Shown here: positions 29,113 through 39,101 of the stretch, piece by piece
Layout: every line of letters begins with the position of its first letter
Position numbering within the stretch: the first letter of the stretch is position 1
IMG/VR virus record: IMGVR_UViG_3300037336_000026
Coordinates: 1 to 58,437 of that record
DNA length: 58,437 nucleotides
Direction: 5' to 3' (one strand)
DNA from: a virus
Lineage: Duplodnaviria; Caudoviricetes
Notes under the pieces: generated by a model
Seen by the model: the letters and a program-made list of their open reading frames with translations, nothing else
The model's database searches: none
Told to the model about the DNA's origin: nothing
Translations under genes and position numbers: made by a program

Positions 29113-32100
29113 ATGATAGAAGAAGATAAAAAAGATCCTGGCCCACAGGTAAAATTTATTGATGGGAAGCCCGTAGGTTCCTCTTACAGTATAGATGCTG
29201 ACACAACAGTTGTTGATGATCAATCATACCGTATACAAGGCTTTAACGCTTTTGAGACTGCTAAAGATAAAGCAGGAATAATTGTTCCTAACCAATATCA
29301 AGGTGATAGGACACAAGAGTTTGTAAATAGGTTCGCAGAAACGGGTGAGTTTGATCGTCTTAATACGAAAGGTCAAGACCCTGCATTTAAGAATCGTGTA
29401 CTAGCAAGGCAAGTCAATCTTGAAGGAGAAGACTTAGCCTCTGTTATGACCTCTCTTGGCGTAATTGACCCTACTGCTTTCTCAAACCCTGAAGATATTA
29501 ATAACTCAATTGCTAGTGGTAGTATTAGTAGGTTGTTTCCAACAGCAGACAGTACAGATCCATTAAGAGCACTCGCTAAGGAAAAGAAAGACTATGATAA
29601 GGCACAAGGCGTTAGATGGGAAAAGACCTCTAACGTAGCCTCACCAGCAGAGTACAAAGCATTTCAAGATGCTGTTGGCGCTACAGCTGCTGCCACTGCT
29701 GCTACTGAAGTTGAAAGACTCAATGAGGTACTGGCAACAGAAGAAATGAGCGACTCCACAAGAAGTCTCCTCACTACCCAATTAGAAGAGGCAAGAGGAA
29801 GGGTCTTATTTGCTGCATTAACTCCTAGAATTATCGGTGGAGTTAACTATCAACCTAACGATAGAAACATTATGAATAAAGCTACTGGCTTTATTAATCA
29901 ATCTTACGCTGCACTTAACGTTGCAACGACAATGTTCGTTAAGGGTATTGGTGGTGTATTAGAGATGGCTGGTGAAAAAGGTCAGTGGGATTATATAAGC
30001 CAGAAGGGTAAAGAATACCAATTAAAAGCTGAACTGTATGATGCAGACACCCCATCTTACGTTGCTACAGTTTCTGATATAGATACAAGTAATCCATTTT
30101 CTGCAGTAGCAGATACTGGTTTGTTCTTATCTAACAACCTTATCACAATGATTCCGTTGTGGACTTCTGCATTAGCAGCTGGTGGCGTTGCTGCTACCTT
30201 AGGGGCTCCTGCAGTTGTAGCAGCCGGTATATCTGTGTTACCCGGATGGTTAACATATACTGGTGGTATGTATTCAGACCAACCTGAAGGTGAAAAGAAC
30301 CCAGCTCAAGCCTCCTCTTTTGGTTTGTTTGCTTCTGTTCTTGATAGGTTAGGTATTGAAGCTATCTTTGCTAAGGGCGCAAGTAGCCTCCTTACTAAGA
30401 AAGGCTTAGATGAGATGGTAGCGATTGTAGTTGCTAAGAAGGGAGTTACTCCAGAAGTAGCTAAAGAACAAATTGCAACTATAACTAAGAAAGAACTTAT
30501 CGAGACTGCCAAGTTTAGTAGTGCATTTGCAAAGTCGCAAGTAGCTACAATGGCATATGCAACTAAAGCTCTTGCACGTATATCAGCTGCTGGTATTACT
30601 GAGGGTGTTACTGAGACTGCTCAGAGTGCCTTAGAACTTATTGCAGCTACTGGACAATGGAACTTAGATGCTAGGTACCAAAAGGATTTCAACAAGCAAT
30701 TGGTTGATTCCTTTATTGCTGGTGGAGCTATCGGTGGTGTTATTACAGGAGCTGGTGAGGCAAAGACCTTAGCACAACTACATTCAGCTTATGATTATCA
30801 CAGGACTAATACAAGAGATCTAGATGATAACCAAAAAGCACAATTATCTCTTGAAGAAGAATATAACTCTGGATCATTGCCCGGCATTGGTACTGAGTTT
30901 AATACCTTTAACGTAGCTAAGGGTATTCAGTTACAGTCTCATGATTTTATATCAGGTAATCCTAGGAACGCTACTGATGCAGTTAAGATGACTAACAAAG
31001 AAGGCTTTATTAACATACTTACAGATGGTTTTAGACTATTAAGAGGTCATGCTAATCAGATGACTAAAAAGCTTTATAATGCTGACGGTAAATTTCTGAG
31101 AAATAGAGCTGTTATTAAATCGCTTATGTCAGGTATGGGTATAGTTCCGGGTCAACCTTACAGTGGTTTTAAAAGATCACTACTAGGTGAGTGGGCTGCA
31201 AAGCATACCAGCTCTGCAAATATTTCTGCGGAAATGAATATGAGTGAAGTAGAATCTGGTAACGTTATCCTAGATGCTTATAGAAGATTTTGGTCTAAGG
31301 GGTTAGATACACCCGTAGAACATCCTAACTTTGAAGCATTGAACAGGTATCATAGTGAGTTGGGTAACATGCAAAGAACAGCTAGGGGTATGGCTAATGA
31401 GTCTGGCGTTTCTAGTTCTTTGATTGATAATCTTGATTCCCTCTTTGTTCCTGAGATAGATAAACATACCTTCAATAAAAATAAAGATACCATTATTGAT
31501 AAGTTAATGGCACAAGGTATGCCAAGGAGTGAAGCTAATAAAACAGTAGAGAATATTTTCTCTAGTGATAAAGGAAAAATGAGAGATGCCTCTGAAGCAA
31601 TTGCTAATGCAGGTTTATTTAGAGATCCTGAATTAGATCATATCTTTGAGAAGAACTTCTTTAGATCATTAGAAGGTATTAAGGAAAGATTAGCGGCTAA
31701 CATAGCTATCAATAGCTACTACGGTAAAGATGCAGAGATTCTTTATAAGTTAGCGGACATGGCAGATCAGAATGGTGAGTTCTCTAGTCCAGAAGAAAAG
31801 CAAACATACCTCAGTGAAATTAAAGATTACTTTGATATGATTGAAGGTAAGTATAACACATTAGATAATTACCCAGTAATTAAAAATGTATATGCATGGA
31901 CAGGAACCTTGACAATGTTAGCTATGCTAGGTAAGGCAGGATTATCCTCGTTACCTGAGGTTGCATTGTCATTGCTAGGCACAAGAGGAGAGAAGGTAGG
32001 AGACCAATTAGGCTTATGGGCTAAGAATATGCTTAGCGAAATTGGCGATGATGCATTTACTCGTAGTAACTCATTTGTTACTAGTGCTCTACGCATATCT

Positions 32101-33339
32101 AAATTAGGTAACGTAGCTCTTAAGACTCAAGATATTAAGCTTGCAGAACAGATTGCTGAGATAGAGGCCGCGCTAAAAGTAGCTCAGGCTGTAAAAGGTA
32201 ATGACAAAGAGCTTGATGCTATTGGTGTTAAACTGGATAGTTTGTATGAAGAATCTATTGGAAGAACTTTATTTGAAGATCTTGGATTTGCAGAAACTGG
32301 GTTTAACACTCAGTCTAGATTCGAGTATGCAGACAACAGTATGCGTAATGTTATGGGCTTATTCGCAAAGATAACCTTACTTAAGCAAACTACTGAGTCT
32401 ACTCGTATGGCTGCTATATCTATGGCATCTGATACGGTGGCATCTTATGTGGAAGCACTTAGAGGTGTACCAGTCGAAATGTTTAGGACTGGTAAGGGGC
32501 TAACTAAGTTCCAATACCAGGCATTAAAAGAGTTACAAGCATACGGTATGAATGTACCTGATGTAATGTTTTATATCGAAAATACAGAAAGCGGTGAGCT
32601 TAATTCATTGTCTTCAAGATATGAAATGTTTGTACTTAAGGGTAAAGAGGATGTAACTGATGTACCTTTTAATAGTTTCATGAGAAATATTAATACGGCT
32701 GTATCAAACATGGTTGATTCAAACGTTCCTAACCCACAACCACATAACATTCCTAAGTATTATCATGACCCTAGGTTTAGGATTATAACCGTTATGACAA
32801 GGTACCTTGCAGCACTGCAAACCTCAGTCATACCTAAGTTATATAATGATTATATTAAAGATGGTAATGTAGGTATGCGTTATCAAGCGTTCTCAGTTAT
32901 GGTTGGTGCAATGGCTCTTGCTGGATTGGCTAATGGTTTAAAAGATCAATTATCTTACGGAGAAGACAGCCCATATATCAATGGTATAATGAAGAATGCT
33001 CAAAGAACCCTATATGGTGCAGGTTTATTAGGTCGTGGTGAGGTTATTGTAGATGCAATGGCTCCACTATACAATCGTAAAGGCGTTAGCCTAAGTGATG
33101 CAATGAGTCCCGGTAATGATAGAAGTACTATCGGTGGCTGGGTTTATGACACAGCTAAAAGCAATATGGCACCAGTCGCATGGGCTGATAGGTTTGTTAG
33201 AGCAGGTAGTGCTATATCTGATGGTGACTACCCTACAGCTGGAAGACAACTTGCAAGGGCAATGCCTTTAATCGGGTCTGTACCTAGAACATACGATGAA
33301 CTAGAAGAATTATTTGTAAATTCACTTAAGGAAAAATAA
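29113..33339 (+). CDS. large internal virion (ejection) protein with N-terminal SNase-like domain
   Basis: 1408 aa, hydrophobic segments, EGVTETAQ motif; N-terminal IDADT..YRIQGFNAFE. Confidence 0.75.
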   Translation: MIEEDKKDPGPQVKFIDGKPVGSSYSIDADTTVVDDQSYRIQGFNAFETAKDKAGIIVPNQYQGDRTQEFVNRFAETGEFDRLNTKGQDPAFKNRVLARQVNLEGEDLASVMTSLGVIDPTAFSNPEDINNSIASGSISRLFPTADSTDPLRALAKEKKDYDKAQGVRWEKTSNVASPAEYKAFQDAVGATAAATAATEVERLNEVLATEEMSDSTRSLLTTQLEEARGRVLFAALTPRIIGGVNYQPNDRNIMNKATGFINQSYAALNVATTMFVKGIGGVLEMAGEKGQWDYISQKGKEYQLKAELYDADTPSYVATVSDIDTSNPFSAVADTGLFLSNNLITMIPLWTSALAAGGVAATLGAPAVVAAGISVLPGWLTYTGGMYSDQPEGEKNPAQASSFGLFASVLDRLGIEAIFAKGASSLLTKKGLDEMVAIVVAKKGVTPEVAKEQIATITKKELIETAKFSSAFAKSQVATMAYATKALARISAAGITEGVTETAQSALELIAATGQWNLDARYQKDFNKQLVDSFIAGGAIGGVITGAGEAKTLAQLHSAYDYHRTNTRDLDDNQKAQLSLEEEYNSGSLPGIGTEFNTFNVAKGIQLQSHDFISGNPRNATDAVKMTNKEGFINILTDGFRLLRGHANQMTKKLYNADGKFLRNRAVIKSLMSGMGIVPGQPYSGFKRSLLGEWAAKHTSSANISAEMNMSEVESGNVILDAYRRFWSKGLDTPVEHPNFEALNRYHSELGNMQRTARGMANESGVSSSLIDNLDSLFVPEIDKHTFNKNKDTIIDKLMAQGMPRSEANKTVENIFSSDKGKMRDASEAIANAGLFRDPELDHIFEKNFFRSLEGIKERLAANIAINSYYGKDAEILYKLADMADQNGEFSSPEEKQTYLSEIKDYFDMIEGKYNTLDNYPVIKNVYAWTGTLTMLAMLGKAGLSSLPEVALSLLGTRGEKVGDQLGLWAKNMLSEIGDDAFTRSNSFVTSALRISKLGNVALKTQDIKLAEQIAEIEAALKVAQAVKGNDKELDAIGVKLDSLYEESIGRTLFEDLGFAETGFNTQSRFEYADNSMRNVMGLFAKITLLKQTTESTRMAAISMASDTVASYVEALRGVPVEMFRTGKGLTKFQYQALKELQAYGMNVPDVMFYIENTESGELNSLSSRYEMFVLKGKEDVTDVPFNSFMRNINTAVSNMVDSNVPNPQPHNIPKYYHDPRFRIITVMTRYLAALQTSVIPKLYNDYIKDGNVGMRYQAFSVMVGAMALAGLANGLKDQLSYGEDSPYINGIMKNAQRTLYGAGLLGRGEVIVDAMAPLYNRKGVSLSDAMSPGNDRSTIGGWVYDTAKSNMAPVAWADRFVRAGSAISDGDYPTAGRQLARAMPLIGSVPRTYDELEELFVNSLKEK

Positions 33340-33340
33340 A

Positions 33341-36300
33341 ATGGCTTTATTTGGTAATATACGAAACAGGACGGCACCTGACGCTCGTAACTTAAATATC
33401 CCTCAACCAAGAACATCTCAAGGAGAGATGGACGCACGTTACGGGGATGTTCCTCTCCCAGCAGTTTCTTCAGTAGACGAAGCTGCAAGAAGCATAATGG
33501 AATATGGAGGTGTTCCTCCACAAGCGTTTGGCTTACCACCTGTACCCGCACAAGCTGTTGGTACTCCCCTAGATCCAGATCCGCTGGCTAGGCGTGACCG
33601 TGAAATACCTAATCCAGCAACTAATGACTTATCATTGCTTGATCAAGAGCAAATGCAGAATCAAAGTGTACCTGTAAATCCTGAAGATTATTCAAGGCAG
33701 TTCTTAGATGAACAAGCTAAAGAAAAGGATTTCCAGCAAGGCTTTGAGGCTATGCAATCAGTTGTTGATCCTGCTACTGGCCAAAGAATGCCCGGTGACT
33801 TTACAAAAGCAGCTGAGTTAATCTTAGGTGAAGGTAATGAGAAAGCAAAGTATCTATCTCCCGGAGAAGCTGAAAAGTATGCTGCCACGGAAACACAGAT
33901 TAAGAACGCTGCTGACCGTGTATCTTCACCACTAGCTTTAATCTCTGAAAGAGCTAGACAAAATCTCTTATCATCTAGTAGTATGGTATATGATTCGTCT
34001 AACCCTGATTCACGACAAGCTAAGGGTTACACCTTAATGCTAGCAGAGGGCTTCGAAGATTCTGAGATGGAGACAGTAGCTGATATGGCAGGTATTGCGT
34101 CTTACTCTGCTTTGTCTCAGATCCCTAGGGCAAAGGCAGATGCAGAAGAAGATGTAGCTGTAAACCCAAATACAGGAGTTATTAATTACGATAACGTAAT
34201 TGCTAGCGGTACTCACTTCATGAAAAATATGGCCAAGACTGTTGGCTTACCTGAACCAAGTCCCGGTTTCTTTGAGAGCATAATGGCTACTCATTTTCAA
34301 GCTGAAGTACAAAAAGGTAGCTATGCTCTTAACCGATCTGCGGATGGTAAGATAGAGTATCTCCCTACTGATGCTCAGAAAATTATAGCTAGGAAAGTTG
34401 GTACTGTTGCTAGGATAGCTACAGCTAGGCTTGGTAGGAATGTTTCATCTAGAACACCCCAAATTGTTGGATCAGCCCTTGGTGAGAAACAAACATTCAC
34501 TAAGAGGTCTCTTACAAGCAACTCTGTATTAGGTAGAGACCTAGATACCTCTGCTGCGGAGACTGTAAAGGACATGATGGGTAGTGTAAGCTATCGCTTC
34601 TTACCTTCTCATGTAGCTCTGCAAGAAAAGTTTATGACAGCTATGTTGTCACCTGAGTTCCTAATTAACTCTCCGGATGAAGGTGTATACTCTACTCACT
34701 ACATGGCAGAGCATTATGGTCTTTCCCAGAAAGACTTTAATAAGATTAAGAACAATCAATTACCTCCTAGAGATGAAGCTAAAAGAGTAGGTTGGTCTCC
34801 AATACCGGCTGCTGTTAAGATAATGAACAACATTATCAAGCAGAAGGGTATGGTCTTAGAAGCAATTAAGGGTGCTGAAGGTTTAAGGTTCGCTGAGATC
34901 ATGCACTCAATCATGAACCATCGTTACTTTATTAATAGTTACGATCTTGATTACATGGGTTCCAAGGATATGATTCGTGATATCCTTAACTTCGGTGAAA
35001 GAGATATCGTGTATGGTAAATCGCTTTTCCCTAATGATTTGAATTCTTCTTTAGAGAATGACAGACTTAAATCAGAGGGTCTAAAGATCTTCAAGATAGA
35101 AGATGGTGTAGCAAGAGGGAAAGCCCTTGAGAGTCTAACTCCAGATAAGCTTGGTGCCTTAGGTACAATGATTGATGCTGTACTGAACTATCATACTGTT
35201 GTTAAGCCTTTACCTGATGTACTGAAGATGCCTGATAGAGATCTTATTGGCCTTTACACACCAGAGCTAGCTAACGCGTTAGCAGACTTAGGTGGTCAGT
35301 ATAACGCCTATATAAACGATCCAGAAGGTGATGCTAATAATAAACACAATAACATCTTAACTTACTTAGCAGCAATACCTAAAGGAGAATTCCTTGCTAA
35401 TGCTGCTTTGTGGGATGATATGTTCCAATTGAAGAATGATGCAGCTAACCCTAAGAGCAATAAGCTTGGTAGGTCTATTACTCATACAACAATTAGTGAT
35501 GGTACTCAGAGTGGTTTGTTTATTCAGGCCTTCCAACACGGTAACAGTGAACATGCAGATCGTCTTGGTAGAGCTAAGTATGCCGATGAAGAGCGTGCTC
35601 CAAGAGACCTTCGTGATGCTACTATGGCATCTATGATTGAAGAAGTAGATAGGATTAACCGTAAGAGTGGTACTATTGAGGACTCTAATACTGCAGATGC
35701 ATTTAGTGCTTTCTTTGCAGAGCTACCTGATGTATATCGAGGTGATTACCATGCGATGGCGAATGAGTTCTTTAAAGCGCCATTGATGCAAGTGTCTTAC
35801 TCCAAAGATGCAGGTATGTTTCAAGGTTTCTTGGAAGACACATTATCAAGGACTAACATAGAACCCTTAGTATCTAAGTACTTGTTACCTCACTTTGGTT
35901 CATTATCTGATGCTGCTGCTAGCCTTAATATTTCTTTAGAGAATGTATTAAGAGAAGCTATATCTACTTCAGTTAGGAAGCTACAGGATATTGGTTATGG
36001 TATGGCAATACTTGATAAACCACTGGTTTATAAGAGTATAACAGGTGATGATGTCCTTATCAGCCCTGCTGGTTTAACCACAATACCAAAGACTGTAGAC
36101 TATAACTCATTTACTACTGGTAAGCATGGCTTTAAATTCTTAGCTAGTGGTGTTGAGACAATTGATTTTATGGTTGACGATGGTAGTGGTATGCTGACTA
36201 GTAAGTCTATACCCCGTAAGATGATGGGGCTATTGCCTGGACATGCCAAGCCTGTTCAATACTACTGGGATAACCAAGCAAAAGTATATAGACCTTATAA

Positions 36301-37459
36301 AAGCTTTGCAGGTAGTTCTTTGTCCAGAGAAGCAGCGGTAATGCCTACACAGGCTATCGATGCAGCTTGGATTACATTAACTATGTTAGAAGTAAATAAG
36401 GGAAGATCTAAACCAAGACCAGTTTCTTGGGTACACGATTCAATTATATCTACTGGTGGTCAGGGCCTTATCTATCGTAACGCTTATAACAATATAACAA
36501 TACCTAGGTCAATTAAGACTGTTGCTAAAACTAATGGTGATATTTATAATGCCTACAAAGAAGCTAAAGCACAGGAGCTAAGGCTTATTAAAATTAAAGG
36601 TGTGGTTGGTATAGGTTCTGATGGTCAGTACGAATCTATGGGTGGTTTCTTTGATAGCATGTTCTATCAGTTCGAACCTATGAGTGAGTACAAAGCAATC
36701 TTCCTAAAGAGAAGAAATAGCAGTGGTGCTATGCGTACTGAGCTAGATTGGAATAAGAAAGTACTACAGGTTAACAAAATCCTTGATGAAGCAATCAATA
36801 ATGGATATGTACCTCCTAACCTTGTCCCTGAGTCTGAGCGTAAGAGCATGGCAGTTAATGCAACTGAGTATGAAGCCTTACTAGGATTGTTTGAGACAGT
36901 TAGAGGCATTAGCCCTAGAGTACTACAAGCATGGGCTGATAATTCAGAAGCTAAGGGTATTGAGGCCGGAAAGTTCCTTATTAAGAGAGCTAAATACGGT
37001 GGTATTATACAGATGGCACCTAGTGGTGGTGCAAGGCCAATGTTATCTTCTATGATTACTGAATCACTTGCTTCAGCTAAGAAGCCAGTAACACCCTTTA
37101 AGTTTGCAGCACCAGTAGCAGCTGAAGTGGTTGAAGAAGCACCTGTAAAAGCTAATAGTAGAGCCGGTTTACTTGAGCAAGCTCAACGTGATACTAAGTT
37201 TACTGATGAAGCTACAGAGGTTGATGAAGTACCTGCTGTAACTAGTGGTGATGATATCCCTACAAATGATTCTATATTAACAGACAAGACAAAACCTATA
37301 AGCTTAGTTGACCTTGTTAATCATATAAAATCTAAGAGCCTAATCCCTACTGCTGCAAATACTAACTCATATTTACTTGATCTTAGATTAAAAGGATATG
37401 ATGTTAGCAGTATTACTTATGATGATGTAGACAACTTCTTCAGTAATATACCTATCTAA
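33341..37459 (+). CDS. divergent single-subunit (T7/N4-family) RNA polymerase, putative virion RNAP
   Basis: motifs in correct order: HRYF..DYMGSKDMIR, ISDGTQSG (A), FKAPLMQVSYS (B), PTQAIDAA, WVHDS (C). Confidence 0.8.
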   Translation: MALFGNIRNRTAPDARNLNIPQPRTSQGEMDARYGDVPLPAVSSVDEAARSIMEYGGVPPQAFGLPPVPAQAVGTPLDPDPLARRDREIPNPATNDLSLLDQEQMQNQSVPVNPEDYSRQFLDEQAKEKDFQQGFEAMQSVVDPATGQRMPGDFTKAAELILGEGNEKAKYLSPGEAEKYAATETQIKNAADRVSSPLALISERARQNLLSSSSMVYDSSNPDSRQAKGYTLMLAEGFEDSEMETVADMAGIASYSALSQIPRAKADAEEDVAVNPNTGVINYDNVIASGTHFMKNMAKTVGLPEPSPGFFESIMATHFQAEVQKGSYALNRSADGKIEYLPTDAQKIIARKVGTVARIATARLGRNVSSRTPQIVGSALGEKQTFTKRSLTSNSVLGRDLDTSAAETVKDMMGSVSYRFLPSHVALQEKFMTAMLSPEFLINSPDEGVYSTHYMAEHYGLSQKDFNKIKNNQLPPRDEAKRVGWSPIPAAVKIMNNIIKQKGMVLEAIKGAEGLRFAEIMHSIMNHRYFINSYDLDYMGSKDMIRDILNFGERDIVYGKSLFPNDLNSSLENDRLKSEGLKIFKIEDGVARGKALESLTPDKLGALGTMIDAVLNYHTVVKPLPDVLKMPDRDLIGLYTPELANALADLGGQYNAYINDPEGDANNKHNNILTYLAAIPKGEFLANAALWDDMFQLKNDAANPKSNKLGRSITHTTISDGTQSGLFIQAFQHGNSEHADRLGRAKYADEERAPRDLRDATMASMIEEVDRINRKSGTIEDSNTADAFSAFFAELPDVYRGDYHAMANEFFKAPLMQVSYSKDAGMFQGFLEDTLSRTNIEPLVSKYLLPHFGSLSDAAASLNISLENVLREAISTSVRKLQDIGYGMAILDKPLVYKSITGDDVLISPAGLTTIPKTVDYNSFTTGKHGFKFLASGVETIDFMVDDGSGMLTSKSIPRKMMGLLPGHAKPVQYYWDNQAKVYRPYKSFAGSSLSREAAVMPTQAIDAAWITLTMLEVNKGRSKPRPVSWVHDSIISTGGQGLIYRNAYNNITIPRSIKTVAKTNGDIYNAYKEAKAQELRLIKIKGVVGIGSDGQYESMGGFFDSMFYQFEPMSEYKAIFLKRRNSSGAMRTELDWNKKVLQVNKILDEAINNGYVPPNLVPESERKSMAVNATEYEALLGLFETVRGISPRVLQAWADNSEAKGIEAGKFLIKRAKYGGIIQMAPSGGARPMLSSMITESLASAKKPVTPFKFAAPVAAEVVEEAPVKANSRAGLLEQAQRDTKFTDEATEVDEVPAVTSGDDIPTNDSILTDKTKPISLVDLVNHIKSKSLIPTAANTNSYLLDLRLKGYDVSSITYDDVDNFFSNIPI

Positions 37460-37469
37460 AGCAATTTTT

Positions 37470-37508
37470 AAGCCCCTACTCGTAATTGAGTGGGGGCTTT
37501 ATTTTTTT
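37470..37508 (+). terminator. intrinsic terminator at the convergence of the two blocks
   Basis: AAGCCCCTACTC-GTAATT-GAGTGGGGGCTT followed by a T-run. Confidence 0.85.
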
Positions 37509-37773
37509 AATCTTCTCTGTTCATAGCTGATTTAACAGCTTGTCTAGCATCTTGTGCTTTACCATGAGCCATTGCTAGTGCATCTGACTCAGTCATACCT
37601 TGTGCAAGGTATCCTTGGTAATTGTCTCGATACATTTTATCAATAGCTGCATCATTAATTTTAGGGGTATTGGCTAGCCTAGGGTCTAAACCTAGGGTTT
37701 CGCATACATCTTGATCTGTAGTTTGTGCATCACCTTGTAATGCAAATAGATTATAATGTTTTAATTCAGTCAT
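37507..37773 (-). CDS. hypothetical protein
   Basis: 88 aa with AAGGA RBS. Confidence 0.7.
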   Translation of the reverse strand: MTELKHYNLFALQGDAQTTDQDVCETLGLDPRLANTPKINDAAIDKMYRDNYQGYLAQGMTESDALAMAHGKAQDARQAVKSAMNRED

Positions 37774-37930
37774 TATTTATTTCCTTAATATTATATTCAA
37801 AGGTAAAGTTATCTGAGTAGATAGCCATATCAATATAGCTAAACATATTTGATGACTTAACAGTGTTATGTTCAGTCTCATGATCAGCTATCTCATTACA
37901 CATATCTTCTATGTCATAGTTATTAATCAT
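37766..37930 (-). CDS. small acidic hypothetical protein (54 aa)
   Basis: manually found MINNYDIEDMCNEIADHE...; AGGA RBS. Confidence 0.5.
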   Translation of the reverse strand: MINNYDIEDMCNEIADHETEHNTVKSSNMFSYIDMAIYSDNFTFEYNIKEINND

Positions 37931-37955
37931 ATTTATTGTTCCTACCTTAGGTTAA

Positions 37956-38032
37956 TGGTGCGCCCAGAGAGATTCGAACTCCCGACCCACGCCTTAGAAG
38001 AGCGTTGCTCTATCCATCTGAGCTATAGGCGC
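37956..38032 (-). tRNA. tRNA-Arg (anticodon UCU)
   Basis: GCGCCTATAGCTCAGATGGATAGAGCAACGCTCTTCTAAGGCGTGGGTCGGGAGTTCGAATCTCTCTGGGCGCACCA; cloverleaf, TTCGAA loop, encoded CCA. Confidence 0.96.
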
Positions 38033-38034
38033 AT

Positions 38035-38106
38035 AGGTGCTCATCCTTTACAGCGATGAGCCTTCTGATAGCTTTACGTACTACAACGCCCTAAGGTAGA
38101 GGGATC
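38035..38106 (-). ncRNA. candidate small structured RNA co-transcribed with the tRNA
   Basis: three hairpins, complementary loops CUAC/GUAG, GUAA tetraloop. Confidence 0.45.
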
Positions 38107-38111
38107 TTTTA

Positions 38112-38127
38112 CTATTAGGTACCGACT
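38112..38127 (-). promoter_or_regulatory. phage RNAP promoter-like motif upstream of ncRNA/tRNA
   Basis: AGTCGGTACCTAATAG overlapping the nrdB stop. Confidence 0.8.
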
Positions 38128-39095
38128 ATTTCTAGTTCAGGAGCTTTACTCCATCCCCAGTCACCACCCATACCGTTAACAGAGTATTCTGTAACACGCT
38201 TCTCGAAGAAGTTATCATGAGATACACCGTTGAGTACCCAGTCCAACCAAGGTAATGGGTTATCTTTTACTTTGAAGTTAGGTTTAAGACCTAGCTGAAT
38301 GAGTCGGCGATCAGTAATGTAACGAATGTAATCCTTAACCTCTTCTTTAGTAATACCTTCAATAGCATGGTTAGAGAAGGCAAGGTCAACAAACTTATCT
38401 TCAAGGGAAACAATATCCCTAGCAATCTGGTAGATCTTAGCCTTGAATTCATCATTGACAACACGAGGATGCTCATTACAGAACTCACGGAACAATCTTG
38501 CGTTACCTTCTACGTGGATTGTCTCATCACGGATAGACCATTCAACAACTGTACCCATACCCTTCATCTTACCGAAGCGTTGTAGGTTAAGCAGCATAAC
38601 GAATGAAGCAAACAAGGATACACCTTCATTGAACACAGACTTGGCTAATGCTAGGGCTAGACCTGAATGAGTGCTGCTGTCTGATTGTGACATAAACTCA
38701 ATCTTATCAGCCATCTCTGAGTACTCAAGGAACTCGTGGTACTGCTCATCAGGTAGTCCCAATGTATCATTCAACAGGGCATAAGCTCGTTGATGTGTAC
38801 CCTCACGACCTGCAAATGAACCAAGCATTACTCGTACTTCATTGTTCTTAAACTTAGGGATAAGGAAGTCATAATAGTTTTGACCTACCTGTACATCGCC
38901 TTGTGTAAACAAACGGAGAATGTGAGTAATAAACTCTTTCTCATCTTTGTTAAGCTTAAGCTTCCAATCATTAATATCTTCTGATAGGTCAGCTTCGTCC
39001 TCGACCCAGTGGATTTCCTCATGGGTCTTTGTTATAGCTACAGCCCATTCATGGTTAAATGGTTTGTAGGTCTTTGCGAAATTCATTAACGACAT
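38115..39095 (-). CDS. nrdB: ribonucleotide reductase class Ia beta subunit
   Basis: REGTHQRAY, EGVSLFASF, IRDETIH di-iron motifs, NFFEKRVTEY. Confidence 0.95.
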   Translation of the reverse strand: MSLMNFAKTYKPFNHEWAVAITKTHEEIHWVEDEADLSEDINDWKLKLNKDEKEFITHILRLFTQGDVQVGQNYYDFLIPKFKNNEVRVMLGSFAGREGTHQRAYALLNDTLGLPDEQYHEFLEYSEMADKIEFMSQSDSSTHSGLALALAKSVFNEGVSLFASFVMLLNLQRFGKMKGMGTVVEWSIRDETIHVEGNARLFREFCNEHPRVVNDEFKAKIYQIARDIVSLEDKFVDLAFSNHAIEGITKEEVKDYIRYITDRRLIQLGLKPNFKVKDNPLPWLDWVLNGVSHDNFFEKRVTEYSVNGMGGDWGWSKAPELEIVGT

Positions 39096-39101
39096 TTACT
39101 T

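Noticed and set aside
37868-38059. 63-aa + strand ORF
   Set aside because: Antisense to the tRNA-Arg gene
38035-38106. hammerhead or tRNA-associated HDV-like (theta) ribozyme
   Set aside because: No CUGANGA/GAAA core, and the element lies 5' rather than 3' of the tRNA; kept only as an unclassified structured RNA
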